A DNA stretch of 64,000 nt from Carcharhinus amblyrhynchos (GCA_965287045.1 OZ336885.1:4092001-4156000), one strand, 5' to 3'. Shown: positions 12,392-25,265, counted from the stretch's first letter. Numbers and translations are program-made. The notes: generated by a model not told the origin, from the sequence alone.

Positions 12392-13290
12392 TTGAGGGAC
12401 AGTATGAGTGGTACACTGAAGGACTGTGTAAATGGTACACTGAGAAACTGTGTGAGTGGTACGCTGAGGGACTGTGTGGGTGGTACGCTGAGGGACTGTG
12501 TGGGTGGTACGCTGAGGGACTGTGTGGGTGGTACGCTGAGGGACTGTGTGGGTGGTACGCTGAGGGACTGTGTGGGTGGTACGCTGAGGGACTGTGTGGG
12601 TGGTACGCTGAGGGACTGTGTGGGTGGTACGCTGAGGGACTGTGTGGGTGGTACGCTGAGGGACTGTGTGGGTGGTACGCTGAGGGACTGTGTGGGTGGT
12701 ACGCTGAGGGACTGTGTGGGTGGTACGCTGAGGGACTGTGTGGGTGGTACGCTGAGGGACTGTGTGGGTGGTACGCTGAGGGACTGTGTGGGTGGTACGC
12801 TGAGGGACTGTGTGGGTGGTACGCTGAGGGACTGTGTGGGTGGTACGCTGAGGGACTGTGTGGGTGGTACGCTGAGGGACTGTGTGGGTGGTACGCTGAG
12901 GGACTGTGTGAGTGGTACGCTGAGGGACTGTGTGAGTGGTACGCTGAGGGACTGTGTGGGTGGTACGCTGAGGGACTGTGTGGGTGGTACGCTGAGGGAC
13001 TGTGTGAGTGGTACGCTGAGGGACTGTGTGGGTGGAACGCTGAGGGACTGTGTGGGTGGTACGCTGAGGGACTGTGTGGGTGGTACGCTGAGGGACTGTG
13101 TGAGTGGTACGCTGAGGGACTGTGTGGGTGGTACGCTGAGGGACTGTGTGGGTGGTACGCTGAGGGACTGTGTGGGTGGTACGCTGAGGGACTGTGTGGG
13201 TGGTACGCTGAGGGACTGTGTGAGTGGTATGCTGAGGGACTGTGTGAATGGTACTCTGAGGGACTACGTGGATGGTATACTGAGGGATTG
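12392..13290 (+). repeat. 24-bp minisatellite (GGTACGCTGAGGGACTGTGTGGGT), ~37 copies
   Basis: Directly visible tandem array with a homogeneous core, diverged edges and G/A variant units. Confidence 0.98.
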
Positions 13291-13639
13291 TGTTTGTATT
13301 ATTTTGCTATGTATTGGCTCACACCTGAAGATAGAAATAAGCATTAATCTGACAGATCTATTGAATCAGATATAATTGTTCATTGTGTGATGATGTTGTA
13401 ATCTCATGTGTTACAGCCAGTGGAAACTCATCTCAGCCAAATAGACTCATATTGATTAGGAGTCCATCTGTGGAAAGGGATATGTGTAACATTGATAATC
13501 AATGCAAGCATTTCAATTCCGGAAATGTCACTCTAATGAGGAGATGAGATGAATTTAACTAATTCACTCTTGGCTTTGATAGCTCAGAAAGTATTACCTG
13601 TCTAAAATGGAAAGATTGCCTTATTTAAGTTTTAGTTTC

Positions 13640-14120
13640 ATAGGATTACATAACAATATGCAGCACAGAAACTGGTCATTCGACTCAGCTAGTCCAGGCC
13701 GGTGTTTATACGCCAGGTCAGACCCTACTATTCCATTCCATTTATCCCACAGTAGAATCACAGCACATTATGACACAGGTGGAGACCATTCAATCCATCA
13801 TATTTATCCTGGCTCTCTGCAAGTGCAACTCAACTTGTGCCACCCTCCCCATCTATTTCCCATAGTCCTGCATTTCTTTTCTCTTCTGATAATTATCCAA
13901 TTCCCTTTTGGAAGCCATGATTGAATCTGCCTCCATCACATCCTCAGGCTGTGCATTCCAGATCTTAACCACTCACTGGGTCAAAATGTTTTACCTCTTG
14001 TCACTGCTGCTTCTTTTGCCAATCGTCATAAACCGGTGTCTTCCGATTCTCAACCTTTCCACCAATGGGAACAGTTTCTCTGTATTAACTACTCCCAGAG
14101 CCCTCATGATTTTTAGTCTC
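13640..14120 (-). mobile_element. Old CR1-type LINE 3' fragments
   Basis: gcattccagatcttaaccactcactgggtcaaaatgtttt is the reverse complement of a CR1 C-terminal motif. Confidence 0.6.
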
Positions 14121-14518
14121 TCTCTCTTGAGGAACCATGCCTGAAGAGAGCATTAGGTACTATGGATCTCCATGTTAATCTTGCCTGGAGGGCAGGATCA
14201 TCTTTGTTGGTGGTACATTCATCCAGTTTGTGAGGATGTTTAGAAAGATCGTTCTTTGTCTACCTCGATCTCTTTACCTATTGATTTTTCACCTCAGCAT
14301 CAGACTTTTAAAAATCATGATTTCTTGTTACAAGCCCAAGCAATTTCTACTGTCTTCCTGATTTTGGTCAGCAAAGTTCTTTACTCATCCCTCAACATTA
14401 GTCATGTGACTTGTCCAAGCTATCATCATTACTGGCTTCAAAAGTCACAGCTCCAGAGCCTCAATTTCTCTCTCTGCTTCACTGATCATCCAGCTCTCAC
14501 TTTAGTATGTCAGATTTG

Positions 14519-14637
14519 GGGTGGAATCCTATGGCCCCTTCACCGAGGGGATGAGGGTGGAGCTGGTAAATGCGATGGGCTATTCAAAAGTTTGACAGGA
14601 GTGGGAATCGCTCGAGTGAGGCCGTAAAATCCCGCCC
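14519..14637. mobile_element. Small MITE-like element with imperfect ~18-bp terminal inverted repeats
   Basis: gggtggaatcctatggcc ... ggccgtaaaatcccgccc. Similar ends occur at ~39917-40105 and ~41419-41551. Confidence 0.5.
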
Positions 14638-14682
14638 GGAATTGGAGTTTGCAGTATGAAGCATATGTACCAGCCAGCACTT

Positions 14683-14968
14683 AAGTAAAAGTAAAGTATA
14701 TTTGTTAGTCACATGTAAGCCTTACATTAACACTGCAATGAAATTATTGTGAACTTTCCCTAGTCGCCACACTCCAGTGCCAGTTCAGGTCAATGCACCT
14801 AACCAGCACGTTTTTCAGACAATGGAAGGAAACCGGAGCACTTGGAGGAAACCCACGCAGACACGGGGAGAACGTGCAAACTCCACACAGTGACCCAAGA
14901 CAGGAATCAGACACAGGTCCCTGGTGCTGTGAGGCAGCAGTGCTAACCACTGTGCTACTGTACTGCCC
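14683..14968 (-). mobile_element. HE1/V-SINE-like SINE
   Basis: Reverse complement of the tRNA head, V domain and gactaataaataaacttt-type tail. Confidence 0.85.
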
Positions 14969-15039
14969 GTGGTGCCACAGCGTCATAGTGGATTGAAATA
15001 CTATCTCAGGTCAGAGTTATTTTGTACTAAGAATACTTC

Positions 15040-15580
15040 GGGTTCTTGATCAACTGGCCTAGAGAGCCGAGGAATGGCAGGTGGTGTTTAATTCAGATAA
15101 ATGCCAGGTGTTGCATTTTAGTAAGACAAATCAGAGCAGAACTTTACACAAGGCCACAAAATGCTGGAAAATCTCAGCAGGTCTGACAGTTGTGGGGACA
15201 GAATAGAGCCAACATTTCAAGTCGAGATGACCCTTTGTCAGGTCTATTCTCTCCCCACAGATGTTGTCAGACCTGCTGAGATTTTCCAGCATTTTCTGTT
15301 TTTGTTTCAGATTCCAGCATCCACATTATTTTGCTTTCACCAGGACTTTACACAGTTAATGGTAGGATCCTGGGGAGTTGTCAAACAGAGAGACCTAGGG
15401 TGCAAGTACATAGTTCCTTGAAAATGGTGTCACAGGTAGACAGGTGGCATACTTGCCTTCATCAGTCAGAGCACTGAGTACAGGAGTTGGGATATTAAGT
15501 TATTGGTAAGGCCACATCTGCAGTACTTAGTACAATTCTGGTCAGCCTGCTGTAGAAAGGATATTAAACTGGACAGGTTT
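15040..15580 (+). mobile_element. CR1 fragment interrupted by a palindromic Penelope-like foldback element (~15157-15340)
   Basis: CR1 RT text on both sides. The insert has arms aaaatgctggaaaatctcagcaggtctgaca / tgtcagacctgctgagattttccagcatttt. Confidence 0.7.
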
Positions 15581-15761
15581 GACTCTATAACACCGACTGT
15601 ACTTCAGTAATCCTTCATCAGTAGTAAAGCTCTGAGGTACATTCTGAGGTCATGAAAGGTGCTGTGTAAATGTTGTTTCTTTTACAATCTTTCCCTCTTT
15701 ACTTTTTTTGTTGCTAATAATCAGGCTAATTGTAGGTAATTTATAAAGCTGTACTGTTTTT

Positions 15762-16056
15762 TAAAGTTTAAAGTTTTATTTATTAGTTACAAGTAGACTT
15801 GCACTGCAATGAAGTTACTGTGAAAATCACCTAGTCGCCACACTCGGGCACCTGTTCAGGTACACTGGGGGAGAATTTAGCACGGCCAATGCACCTAACC
15901 AGCACATCTTTCAGACTATGGAAGGAAACCGGAGCACCCGGAGGAAACCCACGCAGACACGAGGAGAATGTGCAAACTCTATACAGACAATGACCAAAGC
16001 CAGGAATCAAACCCGGGTCCCTGAAGCTGTGATGCAGCAGTGCTAACCACCGTGCC
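15762..16056 (-). mobile_element. HE1/V-SINE-like SINE
   Basis: Same family as 14683-14968. Confidence 0.85.
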
Positions 16057-17097
16057 TTTGTATGTTTAAATAAAGATACATATTTCCCCTCTCTGACTAA
16101 TATTGTTTCCTGAGAATGGAAAGCTGCTGTAGTGCCTGGGAATTGTGTACCCTCCCCCCCGTCCTTTCCCCACCGCCCTAGTGGAGCCTCAGCCTCTAAC
16201 TCTGCATCTCCTGCTGCATGTACAATTAGTGAGTGATTACCAGCTCCTCTCCCTCATCCAATTACCTTCGGTCTGACTCTGCCTGATGACACTGCTCCAA
16301 CGGGAGCTTGGCGCTGTCAAGCTGCAAAGCTCGGCTGTCAAATTATTTCTGGCCGCTTCCCCGAGTTACAATTAGATTTTCCTGCAGTTCAGCAGCGCCT
16401 TAATATGATTCTGAGAAGCAACTGGAGAGATTTATCACAATCCTTCTGCAACAATCCAGAAATAAATCACACTTCTCAAACAGCCTGGTGTCTCATTACA
16501 TGAAGTTAAAGAGGTTGTTCCACTCGCTCGGTAATTACATAAATATTGTGACACACAAGTCTATTTCTCAATCAGGAGTAAGGTGAATTAAGCTTGTATT
16601 TTGACCTTGCTTGATTTTGAATGAGAGGCGATGAGTTTATTAAGGTTTAAGCCAATGTGTCGATGAGTTTTGATTCAACCTCTGCTAGCTTCATCTTCAG
16701 TCCACTGCAGTGTGCAGACGGCAGCAGACAGTTCTAGCCACTTGCTAATTGACCTGTTAGTCTGGTATACGATGCCAAGGGAACATTTCTCAACTGCACA
16801 CAACTTGTCTTGATGAGGATATCAAGGCACTGATATCCTCATCAAAGGGTTCAAAAAGATATGTTAGGATACTAGAATTGAAAGATTATAACTATTAGAA
16901 AGGACTGGACCTTTTCCTCTAGAAAGGAGACAGAAAGGTCATTAAAATTATGGAAGGGTTCCAACTGGCAAGAAAATTAAAAACTCAGGGAGGTCTATAT
17001 AATCCTGTACCTAATCAATCCAATAGGGAGTTCAGAAGAAACTTCTTTATCAGGGAGTGGTTAGAATGTGCAATGCGCACACATGCCTTCAATTTGG

Positions 17098-17549
17098 ACT
17101 ATGAAGAGAGACTAAATAGACTGGGTCTGTACTCGTTGGAGTTTAGAGGGATGAGAAGGGATCTTATAGAGACATATAAGATAATGAAGGGGATGGATAG
17201 GGTAGAGGTAGAGAGATTCTTCCCACTTAGAAAGGATAGCAGGACTAGAGGGCACAGCCTCAAGATAAGGGGGGAGTAGTTTAGATCGGAGTTGAGGAGG
17301 AACTTCTTCATTCAAAGGGTGGTGAATCTCTGGAATTCTCTGCCCGTTGAAGTGGTGGAGGCTACCTCGCTAAATATATTTAAGTCACGGGTAGATAGGT
17401 TTTTGATAGACAAGGGAATTAAGGGTTATGGGGAGAAAGCGAGAAAGTGGAACTGATCCACTTCAGATCAGCCATGATCTTATTGAATGGCGGGGCAGGC
17501 TCGAAGGGCTAGATGGCCTACTCCTGCTCCTATTTCTTATGTTCTTATG
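17098..17549 (+). mobile_element. Young CR1 LINE 3' end
   Basis: YEERLNRLGLYSLEFRGMRRDLIETYK, 3' UTR and (ttcttatg) tail. Confidence 0.9.
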
Positions 17550-17664
17550 GGGAATCTTATGACAGCGTAAGATAAAACAAGTTGGAAAGAGACTATTGTT
17601 GAACGTAAACACAAGCATAGGTGAAACCACGGATCTGGTTTTGTTTTAGTGGGAAAAAGATGTG

Positions 17665-18235
17665 ATTTGATTTATTTTTGTCACGTATTAGAATACAGTG
17701 AAAAATATTATATTTTGTGTGCTATACAGATGAAACATACCATTCATAGAGTATATAGAGGAGAGAGAAAGGAGAGGGTGCAGAGTGTGGTGTTATAGTC
17801 ATAGCTAGCGTGTAGAGAAAGATCAACTTAATGCAAGGTAGGTCCATTCAAAGGTCCGATGACAGCAGGGAAGAAGCTGTGAGTCGGTTGGTATGGGACC
17901 TCAGGCTTTTGCAAAAAAGGTGGAAGAGAGAATGTCCGGGGTGCGTGGGGTCCTTAATTATGCTGGCTGCTTTGCCAAGGCAGCAGGAAGTATAGACAGA
18001 GTCAATGGATGGGAGGCTGGTTTGCGTGATGGACTGGGCTTCATTCATGACCGTTTGTAGTTTCTTGCAGTCTTGGACAGAACAGGAGTCATACCAAGCT
18101 CTCATACAACCAGAAAGAATGCTTTCTATGGTGCATCTGTAAAAATTAGTGAGAGTCATAGCTGACATGCTAAATTTCCTTAGCCTTCTAAGGAAGTATA
18201 GGCATTGGTGGGGCTTTCGTAACTATAGTCTTAGC
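17665..18235 (-). mobile_element. Rex1/Babar-type LINE 3' fragment
   Basis: TLTNFYRCTIESILSGC...AASIIKDPTHPGHSLF C-terminal motif and (aatcaa)-type tail. Confidence 0.8.
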
Positions 18236-18661
18236 ATGTTTTGCAATTGAGTAGATTCAAATAACTTCCAGCCCAGGATCCATCTACACCAGGGGCTTAA
18301 ACCAGTAGAAAACATTGTACAACAGAAATGCAAAACCCTAACCTCAAACTATTTCTGACAAAAGATCATTGACCTGAAACATTAACTGTGTTTCTCAGTC
18401 CCCACAAATGCTCCCAGATCTGTTGAAATTCCAGCACATTTTGTTTTTAGTGTAATTGAGTCATAAGACTCAGAAGGTCATTCAGCCCATCAAATCCATG
18501 CCAGTTCTCTGTACAGCAATCTGTTCAGCTTTATTCTTCCAAACTTATACCTATAGCACTGCAACTTTATTTCCCTCAAGTACTAATCCAATATCTTTTT
18601 AAATCATTCACTGTCTCCACTTTGGTAGCAGCAGGTTCCATATCATTAACCCTCAATGCAT

Positions 18662-18970
18662 GGGCAGCACGGTGGCAATTGGTGGCACAGTGGTTAGCAC
18701 TGCTGCCTGACAGCGCCAGAGACCTGGGCTTGATTCCTGGCTTGGGCCACTGTCTATGCAGAGTCTGCATGTTCTCCCTGTCTCTGCGTGGGTTTCCTCT
18801 GGATGTTCTGGTTTCCTCCCAGTCTGAAAGATGTGCTGGTTAGGTGCATTGGCCATGCTAAGTTCTCCCTCATTGTACCCGAACAGGCCCGGAGTGTGGC
18901 AACGAAGGGATTTTCACAGTAATTTCATTGTAGTGTTATTGTAAGCCTACTTTCAACACTAATAAATAAA
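18662..18970 (+). mobile_element. HE1/V-SINE-like SINE
   Basis: ggtggcacagtggttagcactgctgcc head; tail aataaataaa. Confidence 0.85.
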
Positions 18971-19908
18971 ATTAAATTTTAAATCAGTTTTTCTCACTGC
19001 CCTCCAATTTGTTTGACAGAATTTTAATCTCCTAGTCTCTCCTAGAATCTCCTAGTCCTAATGCCATTTGCTAATGGGAAGATTTTCTTTGTCAACCTTA
19101 GCTAAATCTGTCACAATCCTCTACATCTCGATCAGATCTGCCTCAATCTCCTTTTATTTCAAATGCTGTGCTGTCATTTCAAAGACATATCAGAGACAAA
19201 ATTGGCACTTTTGTAGTGTATCTCAATATATTGCAAACTGGAGCAGGTGATATCTCAATAGATTCCTTAGACTATCTGTGTTCAACAATTGCCTAGCAAA
19301 CTCATGAACACACACAGACACACACATACACTTCAATTGAGTTGAAGGTTGATGAAATCTTGCCAAGTCTTAACCAACTAAGTTTCCAATGTTGTTCTGA
19401 ACAGGCTTTTCTATTGTCGCACTATTTGTTTTTGTTCAACAAACATCCTCAATTAATTGAGTGATATACAAAAACGAAAGGCTTGAAAACGATCCAGAAT
19501 GATCTTGTTCTTCATTCTTACACATTCAATGTTAAACAACTTACTCTCATTCCCTGCTAATATTTAAGGGATTTTACACTTGCCCATTCATAAGTGCATA
19601 GCACTATTCATGTCCGCATCCAACCTCCAATTATTCAATACATAGAGTGAGGACATATGAAAATAACCCAGGATGACAGACCTAATAAATCTCCTTGCCG
19701 AAGTTAATGGAAATGTGGACTTCTCCTCCTCCAAAAGCTATTGAGACTGGATCAGCCAAAAACCTCAAAACTATGATTAATACAGTTTTGTTAGGTGAGG
19801 GTATAAAGGATCATGGAACCAGTGTGGATAAACGGAGTTCAGATTCAGATCAGGTAGGACCTATTTATTTGAAGATCTCCTCCAATGCCTATATTCCTAT
19901 GAACCCTC

Positions 19909-19909
<1 letters not shown>

Positions 19910-19944
<35 letters not shown>

Positions 19945-19985
19945 ACTCTCCCCCCCCCCCCCCCCACCCCCACCCCCACCCCCAT
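19910..19985. repeat. (CA)n microsatellite plus poly-C/(CCCCCA)n
   Basis: Directly visible. Confidence 0.95.
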
Positions 19986-20169
19986 TCCCTGTGGTAAGAT
20001 TGAGATGAACTATCCCCAGCTCATGGGGAGTTCTAAGCATAAACCCAAGGTCCACTCACTTACAACCATAAAACCCCACAACGGCGATCAATTCCAAATA
20101 CATTCACTGTTCAATATAACATTGTACTGTACATAATAAATATTTATTAGGCTTCAAATATATGGAATT

Positions 20170-21150
20170 CATAAGAACATAAGAACATAAGAAATAGGAG
20201 CAGGAGTAGGCCATCTAGCCCTTCGAGCCTGCCCCGCCATTCAATAAGATCATGGCTGATCTGTTGTGGCTCAGTTCCACTTTCCCGCCCTCTCCCCATA
20301 ACCCTTAATCCCCTCTCTTATCAAGAACCCATCAACCCGCTTCTTAAAAATATTTAGCGAGGCAGCCTCCACCACTTCAACGGGCAGAGAATTCCAGAGA
20401 TTCACCACCCTTTGAGTGAAGAAGTTCCTCCTCAACTCCGTTCTAAACCGCCTCCCCTTTATCTTGAGGCTGTGCCCCCTAGTCCTACTGTCTTTTTTGA
20501 GCGGGAAGAGTCTCTCCACCTCTATCCTATCCATCCCATTCATCATCTTATACGTCTCAATGAGATCTCCCCTCATTCTTCTAAACTCTAACGAGTACAA
20601 GCCTAGTTTATTCAGCCTCTCCTCATAGCTCAATCCCCTCAACTCCGGTATCAGCCTAGTAAACCTCCTCTGCACTCCCTCCAGGGCCAAAATATCCTTG
20701 CACAGGTGCGGCGCCCAAAACTGCACACAGTACTCCAGCTGCGGCCTCACCAATGCCCTATACAGCTGCAGCAAGACCTCCCTACTTTTATATTCAATCC
20801 CCCTCGCTATGAAGGCCAGCATCCCATTGGCCTTCCTGACCACCTGCTGCACCTGCAAGCTGGGTTTTTGCGACTCATGCACAAGGACCCCGAGGTCCCT
20901 CTGCACCGTCGCCTGCTGCAGTTTTTCGCCACGTAAGTAATAGTCCTTCCTACCATTCTTCCTACCAAAGTGGACCACCTCACACTTGCCAACATTAAAT
21001 TCCATTTGCCATTTCCTGGCCCATTCGCCCAGCCTATCTAGATCCTTCTGCAGACTCTCCACACCCTCCGCACAATTTGCCTTTCCCCCAATCTTGGTGT
21101 CATCAGCAAATTTCGACACCCTGCACTCGGTTCCCTCCTCCAGATCATTG
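20170..21150 (-). mobile_element. Young 5'-truncated CR1/HER1 LINE with uninterrupted 282-aa RT C-terminal ORF
   Basis: FADDTKIGG catalytic motif, no stops to the end of ORF2, CpGs retained, (ttcttatg)n tail. Confidence 0.95.
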
Positions 21151-21889
21151 CTTCAAACAAAATATTTACCTCAGATGTGACACAGACTGTTTGAGAAAGG
21201 AAACCTCAGCTTGTAAACAGAAAAGTGAAATTTGAACCCTTAAACACATGGATCTGAAGTTCTCAGCTTCTGATATGAGTATTCTCTGTTTTTCTGATAT
21301 TTGAATAAGAGGTGGTTCATATTCTTTGAGTTGAAGTGGGCATGTGACAAAGATGAAGGTAAGAAGAACTAATTTACATTTACATAGAAATATTTCTGCG
21401 ATGTAAGAAGGTGCTAAGTACTTCAAGAAATCATTTTGTTATGTAGGGAAGGACAGCAGTCATTTTGCCCACTGTGCTATTTGTGGGACCATAATGATCG
21501 AAATGATCAAAAAAATCTACTTTGAGGGTGTTAGTTGCACAGAAGAATCTTGGTCAGGGTACCTAAGGAAATCTGGCTTTTTTTAAAAAACTGCCTTGAC
21601 TCTTTAACCCTGAACAACCTAAGACGCACAGAGCATCCAACATCCAATCTTAGCTTTTTGTCGGTATTGCGCTGAAGTACCAGCTGTTGTTATGTGTTGA
21701 GAAATGGAAAAAATAATTATTTTTGTCACCCAGGATCATACCAGGTAGAGCAGAGTTAGAACTCCTTACACACTCCCTCACCAGGTCAGATGTAGTGATA
21801 GTTGGTGCAGATTAGATTCCCCGACTCTGTTGAGACAGAGTGCACTTCTCTAGTGCCTTTCACATCTCCAAGTTATCCAAATATATTTC

Positions 21890-22830
21890 GTAGAAATGGA
21901 GAACAATTCCAGTACAGAAAGAGGCATTTCAGCCCATCATGTTTCCTCTGGACATTAAAAAGTTATCTAGCCTAACCCGCTTCCTAACTATTCGTCCGTA
22001 ATCCTGTCAGTTACAGCACTTCAAGTGCACATTCATTCTTTTTTACAAAATATGATGAAGGTTTCTACCTCTACCAGCCTTTCAGGCCATGGAAATGGGG
22101 ATGAGAAAAATATCAGCCATGACTGAATGGCAGAGCAGATTTGATGGGCCAAGTGGCCTAATTCTGCTCCTATATCTTATGGTTTTATGTAGTTCCAGAT
22201 CCACACCATAACTTGGGTGAAAATATTTCTCCAACTTCCTTTAAGCCTTCTGTCAACTATTTTAAGCCTAGATCTCTTGATTATTGGTTACTGACCTCTC
22301 TGCTATAAGAAATGATTTTTTAAATTCATTCTGCCTTCGCTTATTGTAATTTTATATATCTCAACTAAGTCTCCTCTCAGCCTTCTCTGTTCTAAAGAAA
22401 ACTAGCCCGACCTATCCACTCTGTTCTCATAGCAAACTTTTATTTTCCTAGCAATATCTTCATAAATTTCCTCTGTATTCTCTCTGATGTGATCACATTC
22501 TTCCTATAGTGTGGTGACCAGAACTGTATGCAGTATATTATAGCTGTGGCCAAACAAGTGTTACATATAGTTCTCACGTATAAGAACATAATTACATAAG
22601 AACATAAGAAATAGAAGCAGGAGTAGGCCATCTAGCCCTTCAAGCCTGCCCCGTCATTCAACAAGATCATGGCTGATCTGAAGTGGATCAGTTCCAACAT
22701 ATCCTCCCTGTTCTTAAAGTAAAATTCCATATGCCTTCTTAACTATTTTGTTTATTTGCTGCTCTACCTTCAGAGATTTGTGGACATGCATTCAAGGTCC
22801 CTTTGTTCCTTTACTAACCTTAGTATCATT
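21890..22830 (-). mobile_element. Old CR1 fragment with two nested LINE tails (~22090-22190 plus, ~22580-22696 minus)
   Basis: YCIQFWSPHYRK motif and internal 3' UTR/tail blocks. Confidence 0.7.
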
Positions 22831-23812
22831 TTACAACCAATAAATTAATGTTTTGAAGGGTAGACATGGTTGCTTTGTGGAAGACATGAAAACAAGCTTG
22901 TACACAGAAAAGTTCCAGAAAAGCAAGTGAAATAAATAAGTAGCCTGTTTCGTGCTGTTGGTTGAGGAATAAATGTTAACAAGGACAATGCCCTGTTCTC
23001 CTTTCATTAAGTGATCTTTTACATTAACCTGAACAGATCTCAATTTAATGGATCATCCTAAGGAGTAACTCCTGCGATGCGGCATTTCCTCAGCACCGCA
23101 ATATCGTATTAAAGTACATTATGTTTTGTGATGGTAATGCTGAGAATATTCCCTTCAAGTGGTTCATCCTACACAGCAACAACAAACTACAAGACACTAT
23201 ATTAAAAAAGAGGTCATGCTATATGAAAGCAAATTAGTTTAATGATCTGAAAACAAATGGCATTCACTGAATGACATCTGCTTTGAATATAGTTTGAATT
23301 TAGAGTGCAGGTTTTTAAAACTATCAACACATAAATGGAAATTATTTATTTTTTGGAAGAAATAATCAAATTCCAAATCATTCAATTGAGTAAATCTCAG
23401 ATAAACCAAGTTTTATGGCACACTAAGCTCTGCTTATGATAAAATCTCCTCTGCCTCTGCAGATTTGAATGATGCTTTGAATACTCTGTTTTCTCCTTTT
23501 GATCTTGACATTTCTACAATTTGCCACTTCAACCCTCTCTTCGGCCTTTTCACTTTATTTCATCTTTGCTATTCCAAACTGGCTCAACACAAACTATGGG
23601 AGTTATAATTTAGCTCCATGCTCTAAGCATTGAGTTTAGCAACCTTAGACCTTGGCTGATTCCTCTGTTTTCTTGCTGATTTGAGTTGCCTTCCATTCTC
23701 TATCACTCAACAACCTCTAAATTCATCTGCTAGAGCGCTGACAGAGTTTAACACACCAACAAAATTCTAAGAGAATTTTTTTTAAAAAACTGTAGAAGAA
23801 AGGATCTTTACT

Positions 23813-24745
23813 AGAACATAGGAATATAAGAACTAGGAGCAGGAGGGGGCCATCTGGCCCCTTGATCCTGCTCCACCATTCAATAAGGTTATGGCTGATC
23901 TTTTCATGGACTCAACTCCATTTACCTGCTCACCATAACCCTTAATTCCTTTACTATTCAAAAATTTATCTATCCTTGCCTTAAAAACATTCAATAAGAT
24001 AGCCTCAACTGTTTTGTTGGGCAGTGAATTCCACAGATTCACAATCTTTTGGGTGAAGAAATTCCTCCTCAACTCAGTCCTAAATCTGCTCCCCTTATTT
24101 TGAGGCTATGCCCCCTAGTTATAGTTTCACCTGCTTGTGGAAACAACCTCCCTGCTCCTACCTTATGTACTCCCTTCATAATCTTATATGTTTCTATAAG
24201 ATCTACCCTCATTCTTCTGAATTCCAATGAGTATAGCCCCAGTCTACTCAGTCTTTCCTCATAAGCCAAACCTCTCAACTCCGAAATCAACCTAGTGAAT
24301 CTCCTCTGCACTCCCTCCAGTGCCAGTATATCCTTTCTCAAGTAAGGAGACAGAACTATACACAGTGCTTCAGGTGTGGCCTCACTAGCACCTTATATAG
24401 CTGCAACAAAATCTGAGGTCACGTACCAACTGACTCAAGAACAGCTTCTTCCCTGCTGCCATCAGATTTTTGAATGGACCTAACTCGCACTAAGTTGATC
24501 TTTCTCTACACTTAGCTATCACTATATTCTGCACTCTCTTGTTTCTTTCTCTATGAATGGTATGCTTTGTCTGTATCGTGTGCAAGAAACAATTCTTTTC
24601 ACTGTATGCTAACCAATCAAATAAATCAAACCAAATCAAATTCCTGTTTTTAAACTCCATCCTCTAGCAATGAAAGACAAAATTCCATTTGCCTTCTTAA
24701 TTACCTGCTGCACCTGCAAATCAACATTTTGAGATTCATACACAA
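23813..24745 (-). mobile_element. CR1 LINE 3' part interrupted by a plus-strand Rex1/Babar tail (~24412-24640)
   Basis: ORF-track RKDILALEGVQRRFTR and RRNFFTQKIVNLWN. The insert ends in (aatcaa)n. Confidence 0.85.
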
Positions 24746-24984
24746 TTCGTTGGTCTCCTATAGTTGGAGAAGGACACTACTACCCTTAAAAGACATGGTA
24801 GTATAGTCACAATCTGAATACACCTCCCAGCATTGATCTCTGTCCTAGCATTAAGACTTTTGCAGGACTGAATAGTTCAACGTACCAGAGAGTGTACGGA
24901 TAATTTCTCAGGACATATGCAGGTTTTAAATATATTTCCCCTTTAAAAGAAAGAATAAATTATTTTTGAAATGTAGCCAGTGGT

Positions 24985-25265
24985 AAACTATAAGCAGCAA
25001 ATCTGAGCACAGCAAGCTCCCACAGTGTGTTAATAACCAAATCATCTGTTTTGTTGATGTTATTGATGGATAAATATTGTTCAAGATTTCCTGTCAAACT
25101 CCTCTGCTTTTTTTTGAAATAGTACCATGTGATCTTTCACATTCACCTGCGAGGGAAAATGCAATATCTCAGCCAACAGACTGTGCTGAAATTGGCCCAG
25201 ATTTTGGTACTGGAACCCACAAGCTTATGACTCAGACATAAGCATGTTACTGACTGAACATTGGC
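24985..25265 (-). mobile_element. DeuSINE/SacSINE1-like SINE
   Basis: Reverse-complement similarity to 11285-11690 (cagcaagctcccaca; gatctttcacattcacctg; ggaacccacaa). Confidence 0.55.

Noticed and set aside
12392-13375. 327-aa ORF of (CVGGTLRD)n
   Set aside because: Product of a 24-bp minisatellite that lacks stops in one frame; non-ATG start and no splice or domain context.
20271-21119. 282-aa RT ORF (and 60462-61031) as a host gene
   Set aside because: 5'-truncated CR1 ORF2 followed by a LINE 3' UTR and tail.
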